Part shown: positions 53,401-64,000 of the stretch, piece by piece
Numbering within the stretch: position 1 is the stretch's first letter
Layout of the letters: each line of letters starts with the position of its first letter
DNA from: Bugula neritina
Lineage: Eukaryota; Animalia; Bryozoa
Direction: 5' to 3'
Length of the DNA: 64,000 bases
NCBI GenBank assembly: GCA_964035545.1
Contig: OZ037765.1
Span: 18,290,995-18,354,994, forward strand
Notes under the pieces: model-generated
The model's input: the letters and a program-made list of their open reading frames with translations, nothing else
What the model was told of the DNA's origin: nothing
Databases searched by the model: none
Made by a program: the position numbers and the translations under genes

Positions 53401-56400
53401 AAGGAACATATTAATATGTTCAAATCTTTATGATTATTATAGGCTTTATACAGGCATTTGTTGCTTCTGGGTGGAGTTTCTCTCCCTCTATACTTGCAAC
53501 TGTGGCAACCTTCTTAGCAATGACCTCCTCCACTTGATTCTGTTTTTTTCCATAGTTCACTCTACTGGAAGGGCTAATTTTTAGGGCTCTTCTGGTATAA
53601 TTCTACTCCTTTGAACTGTAGAAACTGAGAGAAACTGTACAATATTAATTGCTTCAAACAAGCTGAGCTCTCAGAATACTCTCAGGAAACTGAAAGTGAT
53701 GCAATTCTTAAAGTTGAGAAGGAGGCACAGACACTAAACATTGGAATGACAGAATTGGGAGCTCCTCCCTTGAAAGTTGCAAAAATTAGCCCATCCAGTA
53801 AAGTGAGCTATAGGAAAAAAAACGAAAGAAAGTGCAGGAGGTCATTACTGAAAAGGTAGAAACAGTCTTTGGCATAGATGAAGAAGAACTCCACCCAGAA
53901 GCAACAAATGTCTGTATGAAGCGTAGTAATCATAAAGATTTGAACAAATTGATGATCCTTGATCCTTGAATATAAGGACGCAAAAGTTTTCTTGTGACTA
54001 GAGAGGGTGCAGTTATTGACATTAGCACGAAAAGCTGGATCATCCTTAGAACAGCCATAGAATCTGGAGCAAACAATTACCTGGCCCAGCAAGCCAGAAA
54101 ATTGCAAAGGGAATTCTGTTTGAACCAGATGATAAAGTTGGAAGACCATTCTCTCCACATTTAAAAGAAAAAGTTGTAGATCTTTTCAGGATGATGAATA
54201 TTATTCTTAGCCTGGGGAAATTACTTACCTGATTAGGGTGCAGACCAATCTGCTATATTTAGGCACATCTGTTTCAAAAGCCACAATTATTTCCGGCATG
54301 TATTAAACACCACTGTCATCGAATTAATTAGGCCTATTGTGTTCAGGGCCATGGTGTTTTATTTGGGTATGTTTTTTGAAGCTATCCTTGCCTCAGCTAC
54401 TTAATGTACTTGATTCCAGCAAGATTTCAGCTGTTTCACACCATTCACTCACAGAAATAACAATTGCTACCTGAAACCTAATGGGAATATCATATAATGC
54501 CGATCGGCAGAATTTTTCTTACGATATTACACACAAATCAGATTTTATCGTAATTTTCAGTAGATTTGATATATATAGGAAACATATATGTATCTACTTG
54601 ATATTTTGAACAATATGAATAATAAAAAATGTATGATCCCAACATATTATATTGAAAAATTGCATTTTGCCGATTTTCGTACGCATAACATTTTTCCGTG
54701 CGATTTACTTCAAGTTTGGAGAATATAAGGACGTCCAAATTTATGAATCTACAAAATACACTAAATGACGTTACAGAAAATGCTTGTTTGAAAGATTTTA
54801 CTGTATTCAAACATCGGGTTACATCCTTGTGAAGTTGGGCGAATTTTCACATTTTCTTCACTTTGGGTGTCTATATCTCGGAAAATATTATTTTCAAAAT
54901 TACACAAATTAAGGAGTATAAAGTAGCCATAATCAACTATTTATGGATAAAAATTTATAGAAGTAAAATAAAAATTAACGCCTTTTGTGATGTGGCAAAT
55001 AATCAAAATTTTTCAAAATTCATAAAAATTTGCCAATATTCAATGGCTTAGCATATATGCACACAAAGTATTCTGCAGTATGTGTTACTACTAGTGCAAA
55101 TTGATAGGTGTTATCAAATCACACACCAAATTTTAAGGCTCAGTCTAGAAAAATAATGGAGATATGGACGTTTACAAATTGGTCTAAAAGTAAAAATCGC
55201 AAATTTTCCTCAAAATTTTTCCCAACCTTTGTACATGGAAATATTCATTTTTCAAAAAGTTTTTGTGTCAGGCCAAAAATATTCAAGAATAGTACTCAGG
55301 ACATGTGTAGGTCCATTTGGTGTAAATATGAACAAAATCTGAGACGCAAAGGCGTGGGACTTTCTGAAATTTGGTTGATTTGACACGGAATGACCCCAAT
55401 ATAAAAATTTACGGAGATCAAACAGATTGTACACAATATTATAACTACTAGTAAAAAAGGAGTACCTTGTTGACCATCATATGTTGCTGAACTAATTTCT
55501 TCCCATTAAAGTCCATAGATTCTATATGCACATCAAACATGGCCCCACATCCACCTAAAACAACAAGCAATTGTTTTATCTCAACATTTGAAGTGCATCT
55601 TGTGCCATGACAAAAACCCCCTTTATATACAACAATGCATATGATTCATATCAAAATGACTATTGCTTTTACAATAACAAATCACTCTTCTAGAAGGCAT
55701 ATTTAAGTAAAAAATCAATATCTTTATAGATTTATGAAACTTTGCTATAGCATTTCAGTAATAGAAATTATAGCTACCAGATATATCTTCAACTGTGACA
55801 GTTTGGGCATTAGGAAAGTTTTTGTGGATGACATCCCTTATCTGCTGTTCTCTATCAGTCAAGCCACTGGATAAATATCTTGAGATAATGGAGCTAGGTA
55901 ACCTCTAAATATTTAAAACAGAATGACTATATTTTCACATCTTCGTATACATAGAGGAACTCAGGTAACATAACCGCCAATATTAGGTGCAAGTTAGGCA
56001 GTTGTAGCCTTGTTGTATTTACTTCATTATACTTTTAAACTATGGTAATTTTTAGATCCACTAACAAATACTTGAGTAGGCAACCTTTGAAACTGTCAAA
56101 AGTTTACTTAGTCAACAACCTGTAGGGGTTCTATCAATATATTAGGAAGATAACTCCTAAATAGCTTGTAAAACCATACAAAAGTTCAAATTCCATATTA
56201 TGTATATATAAGTTTTGGAATCAAATCTTAACTCATTGAATAAATAGATAATGTTTAAAATATGTTATTAATTTATTTATACTGTTTAAAGACTTTTTTC
56301 TCAATGGTCTTTTAAAGGCTAAACTATATACAACTACAGAGAACAACCTAGTTAATGTTAAGAAGTGAGTTATTGCACTTTCCAATAGTTTGCAGAGCTA

Positions 56401-56811
56401 CCTAAGGGTTTAGTAAAATTCATCTATGCATGTATAGCTTATTATGAAAATAATAGTGAAAATCAAGTACAATTGAAATTAGCAAATGTTCAGCTGAGAA
56501 CCTTATATCAAAAACTATATAATATATTTCAGAAGAACTTTTTACTCTGAAACTGACATAGCTATAGCAACTTTTATTTGAACCTAGTAGAGAGCAGATC
56601 AGATGTTAATAAGTAGATAGTGTGCATATCATATCATATCATATCATAGCCGGTTTAATTGAAATATGTGGTATTTGCTAATTTCACTACTGAATATTCA
56701 CTGTTAAATTTATTGATGGGCTAGCTAAACCAATATTAATTGTCAGTAACTCGCAGCAAAATGTTAGAAATTAAAAGGAACGAAGACCTGAAAAAGCCCC
56801 CAGTTGAACAT
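50428..56811 (-). CDS. BOLA3: BolA-like protein 3 (mitochondrial Fe-S assembly factor); exons 56788-56811 (tentative), 55778-55904, 55466-55554, 50428-50493 (about 101 aa)
   Basis: Spliced translation (MFNWGLFQ|)RLPSSIISRYLSSGLTDREQQIRDVIHKNFPNAQTVTVEDISG|GCGAMFDVHIESMDFNGKKLVQQHMMVNK|ALKAEISDMHGIRISTKTIPE*. The DISGGCGAM, QQH and MHG motifs are BolA3 signatures. The first exon has a weak donor (GTCTTC). Confidence 0.92.
52880..53585 (-). pseudogene. Second, diverged copy of the same transposase fragment, interrupted by an insertion
   Basis: Reverse complement reads ..KVQLLTLAPESWTIDKTSIEFGVNN / NNYLAQQAKRLQ.GVLFEPDTKVGRPLLSVIKKRVVNFFQDDEH. It aligns with 53780-54205. Confidence 0.65.
53015..53292. 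mobile_element. 278-bp insertion with 8-bp TSD nested in the left transposase relic
   Basis: TAATTGTT at 53007-53014 and 53293-53300. The opposite arm has a single copy (aacaatta) and no insert. Confidence 0.65.
53700..54205 (+). pseudogene. Frameshifted N-terminal fragment of a Sola2-type transposase
   Basis: Joined frames read LGAPPLKVAKISPSSKVSYRKK..KVQEVITEKV..HKDLNKLM..VQLLTLA.KSW..GANNYLAQQARKLQ..GILFEPDDKVGRP..KEKVV..FQDDEY, resembling the QxLTLAPxSW...GxL...FYxDDExS segment I recall from Sola2 transposases. Confidence 0.65.
56626..56648. repeat. (ATATC)n microsatellite
   Basis: About 4.5 copies. Confidence 0.8.
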
Positions 56812-57551
56812 AACCTATAGTCCAGATCTATCAAATCAATAGATGATAACTAAAAGCAACACTAATATTAATTATCGATGTAATAGCAATAGTGAGAGAT
56901 ATGGTACATTGTGAACCAGAGAAATGATTACTTGGAATAAGGTGAAGAAGTGAAAGAAATAGAAGACCACCACAGAACCAACAAGCTATTAAATTAATAA
57001 AACCTTGTTTTACTATATTTACTATAATTATTTGACTTGCCCTCAATGATTTACTTGCTATTAGCATAACCTAAATTCTAACTCAAACAACTACCATAAC
57101 TCAAAAGTCAAAAACTAGCATTAAAATATCGACATTCGAAAATAGTTTGAAGCATTATAAAATAGTTAAGCATGAAAAACAATAAAATTAAAATTTTGAT
57201 CAAACATTCAAATAAATAATAGAAAGAAAAAATGGTTATTGCAACTGACCCATCTATTAAATTATCTGTATTAGCAAGTAAACAACAACTTTGCAATACA
57301 TGCAAACCACAAGATTTTTCCTAGCAAAGGACATCAAGGTAACGGGCTTATAAGTATTAAAGAAACCACCTAACAACATCAACAATCAAATAATAAATAA
57401 AGGTACGAGACATGACAGCAATTATTCAAGAACAAATAAGGCTTAGGTCTTTTGATTTAACAAGATAATGCTATTACAAATACAATGTGTCTTCATAATT
57501 AAAGTGTTAATTGGTATATTGGTCAAACTAGCTAAAGTCTAGACTCTAGAA

Positions 57552-57886
57552 CAGGACGTCTAACCTTTTTAGAGCGAGGGCCACTGAAAGAGAAAATTTG
57601 GTGGCAAGGAAAACTTTGGAAACTTTAGCTTACTCTGGGGGTCACAGCATCACCATTGTTCAAACTACTTTATTCCAAATTCTTATAAATCTTTACACAA
57701 TAAAGTCCTGATAGTTACTGCAGGCTGCATGTTTTGTAGCATGTGTATAAATAAGACATTTTAAAAGGTGGTTTTTCACTCTAATTCATTATGTCAAAAA
57801 TAATTTTAGTTTTATGCCTTTGAGGACCACAAAAATGTAGGTTGGGAGCCACATCCGGCTCTGAGGCTACCTAATATATAGCCATG
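57552..57886. mobile_element. Old hAT-Charlie-like non-autonomous element
   Basis: Flanked by CTCTAGAA / CTTTAGAA (Charlie-type NTCTAGAN target). Starts CAGGACGTCTAACCTTTTT...GGGCCAC and ends GAGCCACATCCGGCTCTGAGGCT...GCCATG. TIRs are degraded. Confidence 0.55.
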
Positions 57887-58249
57887 CTTTAGAAGAACCA
57901 GAAGACACAGTGATGAAATAAAATAAGCCCATGTTTGTTTGCCTTTAATTAACAAACACTCCAACATTAAGCTGAGAAAATGAATGAAAATAATAACAGA
58001 TGTATTCCTTAAAATTGTTTAAATTTTCAAGCCATTCATGATTTTGGTTGAGTTACAAGATTTTTAACACTAATGATATCTATTCAACTTTTAATCTTTG
58101 GGTTAATAATGACTAACACTCAAAACAAAAAAGTAAAACTAAAATGTTAGACTTGATAAAATTTTATTTGTATCTTGTTTAACAATTAATTTAATTTTTT
58201 ACTTTTAGTTTTATTGTTATAATAATATTAATACACGTAATCTTATAGT

Positions 58250-60990
58250 AACTAACATGACTTTGAAACAGGATACATAATTTAATGGATTAATTGCTTA
58301 CATTTTGATTTAGTTTTACAACACCAGCTTGAGACTCAACAGCCGTGGGTGGCCAGGTAGAAATTAGATTTCGATTTCTATTTAGCAACTGGAGCAACAC
58401 ATTATTATGGTGACATTGACTGACGGAGTAAGTTTTGCTGCCACCTATTGCTATTTTTATTCTAAATCTGTCTTTGAACTTACAACTCCAGTTGAATATA
58501 ACAGCTGTATTTCTAAACATTGTGATTGTCATTTAGTACTGGTCTAGACTTATAAATTCCACGACAGCTGTTGCCCGTGCCTGTTACTTGTCAGTGTTAC
58601 TTGTACTTGTAGATGTTGGTGGCACTGAGTGACACTCACACTGACAGTCACAGTGAGACTGAGTGTGACTGTGTGGATCAGGCTGTTATTCACTTATTGT
58701 TAGTGCTACACTTACTATGATTATTGCTGCAATTAGTAAGAGTAAAAAACAAGCGCCTTTAAATAATTATTATATGCACCACAACTGCTACGCTTTTATG
58801 AAATATTATTAAAAAGAATAACACCAGCACAAGTATTATCAGTTAGCGTTACTGATTTTGATAACGATTATGATTATAATGTTGCTGGCGACTGCAGGAT
58901 TACCAGCATACGGTATAAATGTGCGGTCAAGGTGAAAGTAAAGGCCAAGGCTACAACAAGGATTATGCGCATCTCAAGTAAAACTGAAGGTCAGGTTTCC
59001 TGTTGAAATGTATCACTTCTAATATGAATACCATAATGATAGTTAATGGTTGAATGCTTGATGGAAGTTTTCATATTTTAATGATAATGTTTTATGTCAT
59101 TATTAATATAGTCTGTTGACTGAAGTTGAAATATATTTTTCGTATGTATGCAAACTTTCAAATTAAGAATCAATCTAAAATAAAACAGTTGTCGTTGAAC
59201 TTAAACTAAAACTTGATCATTATCATAAGACATTCACATAGTGATAGTCATAGTCATAGTGATAGTATTAATGTTGAACAGTTTTACTTTTAGTTTATCA
59301 TTTTGATTATCATATTCATTATGATTAGGATTCAGATTATCATCATCATTATGATCATGTTTATCTTATGTTGGTGTTATTGTAATTGTTAAACTTTTAC
59401 GACTAGTACTAATAGTAATACTAATACTACTATAGCATTAGTATTAAATTTAGTGTAGCAGTACGACTAATTATTTAGTACTTAGTAGTAAAACTAAAAC
59501 TGAAAGTATAACATTAGATTATGATTATCATTATGATATTGATTTAGAATAATTATAACAGTATAAGTATTACATTAACTAATAGGTGATAACAGATAAG
59601 TAATTACTAATTTAGTAATTAGTATTATTATTATTATCAGTGTCAGTAAAACTAAAATTAGTAGTAGAGTAGTAGTAGTAGTAGTATAAGTAGTAGCATT
59701 AATACTTATACTTATACTCCAAGTTTGTAGTTATACTTATAGTCAGTGGCATTTTCAATTTGACTTACAGTTGCAATGTAGCTGTAAGAGTGTAAGTATA
59801 AAGTCATACCAAAGTCATACTCATACTGTTGGTGTATTTAAATTTTACATATAATCATAGTCATACTGATATTATAAAATTCAATGATACTGATAATTAT
59901 AGTATGAGTGACTGCAGGTCATTTCACACACAAGTTGTTTCGCACCCACTTTTTCAAATCGTTTCGTACGCATCAATAGGCTATAAATTAACTAAAATAC
60001 ATATTTCTGTGATATTTATTGATTATTAGATGTATGAGTCTTACAGTACTGTTCACAAGTAACTTGCACATTTCATGTATTCATGTTTTATATTAATAGA
60101 ATAATATAAAACATTGATCAAATTAAAACCAAAAAATAGTTTCGTGTTCAACAATAATATAGAAATAAATATTAACAGTTGATGTATTTATCATAATAGA
60201 TAATAAATTAATATAAAACATTGATCAATAGGTGACATGGGAGGTGTGAAAGATACATGATAGGGTGCAATAAATAAGTAAACTAGTATCATTCATGTGG
60301 TTATCCAGTAAATTAATTTATTATCTATTTTGTGTGGACAGCAGTTTATGTACGAAACGACCATTTTGTATACAAAACGACTGGTGCACGAATCGACTTG
60401 TGTACAAAATGACAGTAACTCGTATGAGTATGAGTGATCAGATAGTCATACTTACTCTTAGTGTTAACATTACTTTTGAGACAAAGTTTTAGTTCACTGT
60501 TCAGTAACCGTAGCTGTTAATTTAAGAATCAATGAAATAAATAAATTATAAGTTTAATATTGATACAACTATAAGATTTTAGACGTGGAGCAAATGATCT
60601 ACAACCACCATTAGTTTTATCATTATTATAACCTAATTTTATTATATCAGTGATGATGAAACTATTATAATAGATTATTTAAAAATAATTCTTCATTTAC
60701 TGATTTAGTTAATGTTATTGCTGGTTCAAGCTTAGTTTAAAGCTTGCAAAATAAATAAGGTCAAGTATCAGACATGAGTATAATTATTAACAAATAGCAA
60801 TATAAATATAAGTCAAATTATTATAATATAATAGTTTTAATGATTATTAATATTTAAATTTTGATTGAAAAATTTAAGTTTTCTCAAATTTGATTCTTAA
60901 GTTAAGCTAATAAGTGAATAACAATAGATATGTAGTAATAGTAATATGTCTAATACTAATAGTGATTATTGAGAAATAGTTTATTACAAG
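58250..60990. repeat. Degenerate 6-nt/3-nt periodic low-complexity island between the divergent BOLA3 and DENND4 genes
   Basis: Drifting hexamer runs (atagtc/atagtg, gattat, actaat, aaaact, tatact, gtatga, (agt)n), with the same character as 29995-31445. Confidence 0.75.
59906..60421. mobile_element. 516-bp MITE with GAG...CTC termini, 4-bp TSD and subterminal repeats (Sola-like)
   Basis: GTAT|gagtgactgcaggtcatttcacacacaagttgtttcgcac ... gcacgaatcgacttgtgtacaaaatgacagtaactc|GTAT. Repeated tcgtttcgtac / gtacgaaacga motifs in inverted orientation at the two ends. Confidence 0.7.
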
Positions 60991-61195
60991 GAGCAGTTGT
61001 GGTCTGGCGGTCAGGGCATTAGCCTTACATGTACTACTTGGTTATGAATTTGGATCTAGGCTGGATCATTGGGCCTGTCAGGAAGAGCATTTGGTCATAA
61101 TTATTTTTGGGCTTCAAGCATAGGCTCAAAAAACTTTGTTGCTAGCCTGAGCATGATGACAGACACAGTAGCAATAGTGACTTAAAAGCCAAGTT
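60990..61195 (+). mobile_element. Degraded tRNA-derived SINE, possibly MetaSINE-type
   Basis: A-box-like TGGTCTGGCGG and a decayed B box, then GTCAGGAAGAGCATTTGG, similar to the Meta-domain core (CAGGAAGGGCATCC) as I recall it. The head resembles 23862-23933. Confidence 0.4.
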
Positions 61196-61743
61196 GAAAC
61201 TGGCAAGAATCATAGTTTGATAGAAAAATTTCTTTTTAACAAAATGTAAATGACGGTGTTATCATTTACAAAATTGACAACAATATTGTTGTTAGTCTTA
61301 TAATCAAGACTTTAGCTTTATAGTCAAGATGCATGTGCTGTTAAAACTGGAGTTGTAAACATTGTGATTTCATACAACCTAGGCCGAATATCAGAATTTA
61401 CAAAGTTTTTAATTTTCATGCACACAAGCCTGTCAAAACTTTTCTTTAATTTTTTTAAAGTTCGATTATAATTTTCTATTTTTGACATATATTTAGCAAA
61501 GTGAAATTTTCTTTATTCGCCATTATTTTTCTGTAGCTGGGAAAAATAGAAAATAGCGTGGTAAAAGTTGTAAATTTAAAAATGAATAAATGTAAAGAAA
61601 GTTAATGAAATCTGAACATCAACCTATTTATTATTATTCTAACATCACATTTGCAGGTATGAGCCGGTGTACATGAACTAGCTATGCAGTTGCTAACTAT
61701 TTCCAAAGTAAGCTAGCTGTGTGTCTAACATATGTGAAGAAGG

Positions 61744-63917
61744 ATGAATAACGAAAGAGTCACTGACTATTTTATTGTTGCTGGATTACCTGAAAAACCT
61801 GTCCATTTAGAAGACACCAGTGGTGACTTGAAGCCAACAAGCAAGAATGAGTCAATTACTGACGTCTGCGTTATCATACCTCACTATGGCGAGGAGTGTC
61901 CTCCAGGGTAAGCTCCAAATCAGTGTCAGCAGCAGTTGTAAGGCCTTCTAATTTGAGTATATATGAAGTGTATAATTGTTTTAAGTCCTGCTAATATAAT
62001 GATCAGCTATTTCTTTTTTAATGGGAAACTGTAAAAAGATTATTATACTTTAACTAATGATGAATTTTACCTGTACTTTTATATTTATAACATGGTTATC
62101 AGTGTAACAGCAAATGTCCTGCGACTGCTTATCTAATGTTGACAACTCTTTTGGTGTTATTTATCAGCAGTTATCTCAACTAGACTCTCATGTGTTTGTA
62201 GTGTGGCCAGATTATTAAATGTTCTCTTAATGTTTCTGAATGCAATGAAACAAGACCTGCAGGAATAGGCTCATCTGTTTGGCTAATATTGTAGATACCG
62301 GCCGCTTCTACAAACACCTACTGGAGAAATTGCTGACTTAAATCATGGCAGCATTAGAAGTCCAGAAGTGTTCATATGCATTAGACGAGGAAGGGATAAG
62401 TCTCCCCTGATTGATATTGGGTAGATCTGGTTTTGCTGCTTACTGTTTACAAACTCATTTTGAAATAAAACAGTCACATATGTTTGATAGATTTGTGCTA
62501 TTATTCAGCGCATCCACCTACGTATGTTGCGTGCATATAATATGCAGATGGATGTACTAATGCGTTTTGGTATGTAGTCAATGCTACAGGCTACCATTAT
62601 TTCTCAAATACTATTAGCTTAGAGTCTATTCTCCTGTAAAAAGCATCACATGATTGCCTTGTTTAGCTACAAGGAAACAAGTACTTTTACTGTTCAGTGG
62701 ATTTAAAATGCATCCCACTGTTTACCAGCTGCATTGGCATATATGATAGTAACATTGTAATATGCAGGGTGTTGTATGAAGGCACTGAGAGAGTGTTAGA
62801 GGGATGTGAAGTTATCTACACAACACCTTATGGGAGACCTGCTAATATTAACAACACATCCAGCAGAATGTATTTAACATATAGAAGGGCAGATGAGACT
62901 GCAAACTCAGATATATTGGCTGTCACCGATATATGTGTAATAAATGCTTCCAAGGTATAAATACTAGTAATTAAGACTGAGCACTAGTAGTGTAGACTGA
63001 GCACTAGTAGTGTATACTGAGCACTAGTAGTGTATACTGAGGACTAGTAGTGTATACTGAGCACTAGTAGTGTATACTGAGCACTAGTAGTGTATACTGA
63101 GGACTAGTAGTGTATACTGAGCACTAGTAGTGTAGACTGAGGACTAGTAATGTAGACTGAGGACTAGAAATGCAAGCCAGCTCTGACAGGGATTTAAGCA
63201 TATATTTGTCATTTGTCAGGAAAGAGTTTCTGTCTACTGGTGATATTGCTTTATGGCCTATGCCCTACTTTATAGCAATCTGCTATTCATTTGTTCACTT
63301 GTACTTGGTTTCTATAATTTCCACTTGGAGAAATTTTGCTAAAATAAGATGCTAGTATCTGAGTTGGTGCTGATATAATGTGCTGAAAATGCTCACAATT
63401 CAGAAGGATTCACAATAGAGTGCAGAACATGCTAAAATATAGAATACTGACTGTTCACTTGATCACCTAGCTTTGGTATCTTCTGTACTAGCAATACCTT
63501 TTCAGCCTTACTATGAACTGTGGTAATGTTCGTTGTTTTGTTTCCAGACATTCTCTTAGTCTTTAACAACTCAACTTGCAACTATCAATATAAGATTATT
63601 AATTTAGTTACAGTTGTCATGTTGTTGTTAGCTGTAAGTTCAATTTTGTGTAGTTTAACTGGTACTCAGTTGATGGCAATGCCGGTTGACAATCTGGTAT
63701 TCAAATTTTGTTTTTGTTTTCCATTAGTAGTCTATCATTTTTCATCTGATATTTATAGTTGCTACATCAGTTTTGTGGTTTTCTTGATAGGGTGAAAAGG
63801 CGCCACATTCATTTTGTAAAATAGATAAGAATTTAAACCAAGGAATGATGAGCTCCAGTGTTTACTTGTGTTACAAGAAGTCTATGCGTAAAGATTACGC
63901 TATAGCATATGAACCAG
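61744..63917 (+). CDS. DENND4: DENN domain-containing protein 4 / Crag, 5' part (MABP domain); exons 61744-61907, 62295-62419, 62768-62954, 63791-63917; continues beyond the window
   Basis: [16 protein letters not shown]...ITDVCVII...[64 protein letters not shown]...MYLTYRRA...[44 protein letters not shown] matches the DENND4/Crag N-terminus. Confidence 0.94.
62962..63167. repeat. 20-bp minisatellite (ACTGAGCACTAGTAGTGTAT), about 10 copies
   Basis: Near-perfect tandem copies starting just inside the intron after DENND4 exon 3. Confidence 0.92.
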
Positions 63918-64000
63918 GTACAGCAGATGTGATTTCATAAATCTTTTCTTTTCACCCCCTACAGTTTGTCAAATCTATTTAGGTGCAGTAGTAGAGAATA

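Larger units (their letters stand above)
51674..55396. mobile_element. Non-autonomous fold-back DNA transposon, Sola2-like, 3723 bp
   Basis: CAAT|GGGTCATTCC...GGAATGACCC|CAAT gives a 4-bp TSD and GGG/CCC termini. TIRs are 51674-52810 and 54251-55396. Internal degraded transposase-like sequence. A 4-bp TSD, GRG termini and very long TIRs fit Sola2. Confidence 0.9.

Noticed and set aside
62962-63167. CRISPR-like appearance of regular repeats (also 39052-39227 and 47590-47826)
   Set aside because: Head-to-tail units with no unique spacers, located in eukaryotic introns; these are minisatellites.

Overview
AT-rich, intron-rich animal genomic DNA, probably a protostome (spiralian-like) invertebrate. 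Gene models built by eye from GT-AG splice sites: Wnt8 (-, 6 coding exons, 345 aa), an M1 glutamyl-aminopeptidase-like gene (+, 20 exons), a candidate orphan 94-aa single-pass membrane protein (-), tRNA-Leu(AAG) (-), eEF2 kinase (+), an 806-aa MATH/TRAF-like protein with a long disordered tail (+), BOLA3 (-, absent from the ORF track) and the 5' part of DENND4/Crag (+). The last BOLA3 intron holds a 3.7-kb fold-back Sola2-like transposon with ~1.1-kb near-identical arms, a CAAT target-site duplication and two older, outward-facing transposase relics. Several MITEs, SINE remnants and minisatellites are also present. The most unusual unexplained signal is kilobase-scale 'islands' of degenerate 6-nt-periodic sequence. 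They lie in the divergent upstream regions of the housekeeping-type genes (tRNA-Leu/eEF2K and BOLA3/DENND4) and are not evident upstream of Wnt8 or the MATH gene. No computation or database search was run; identities are visual estimates.
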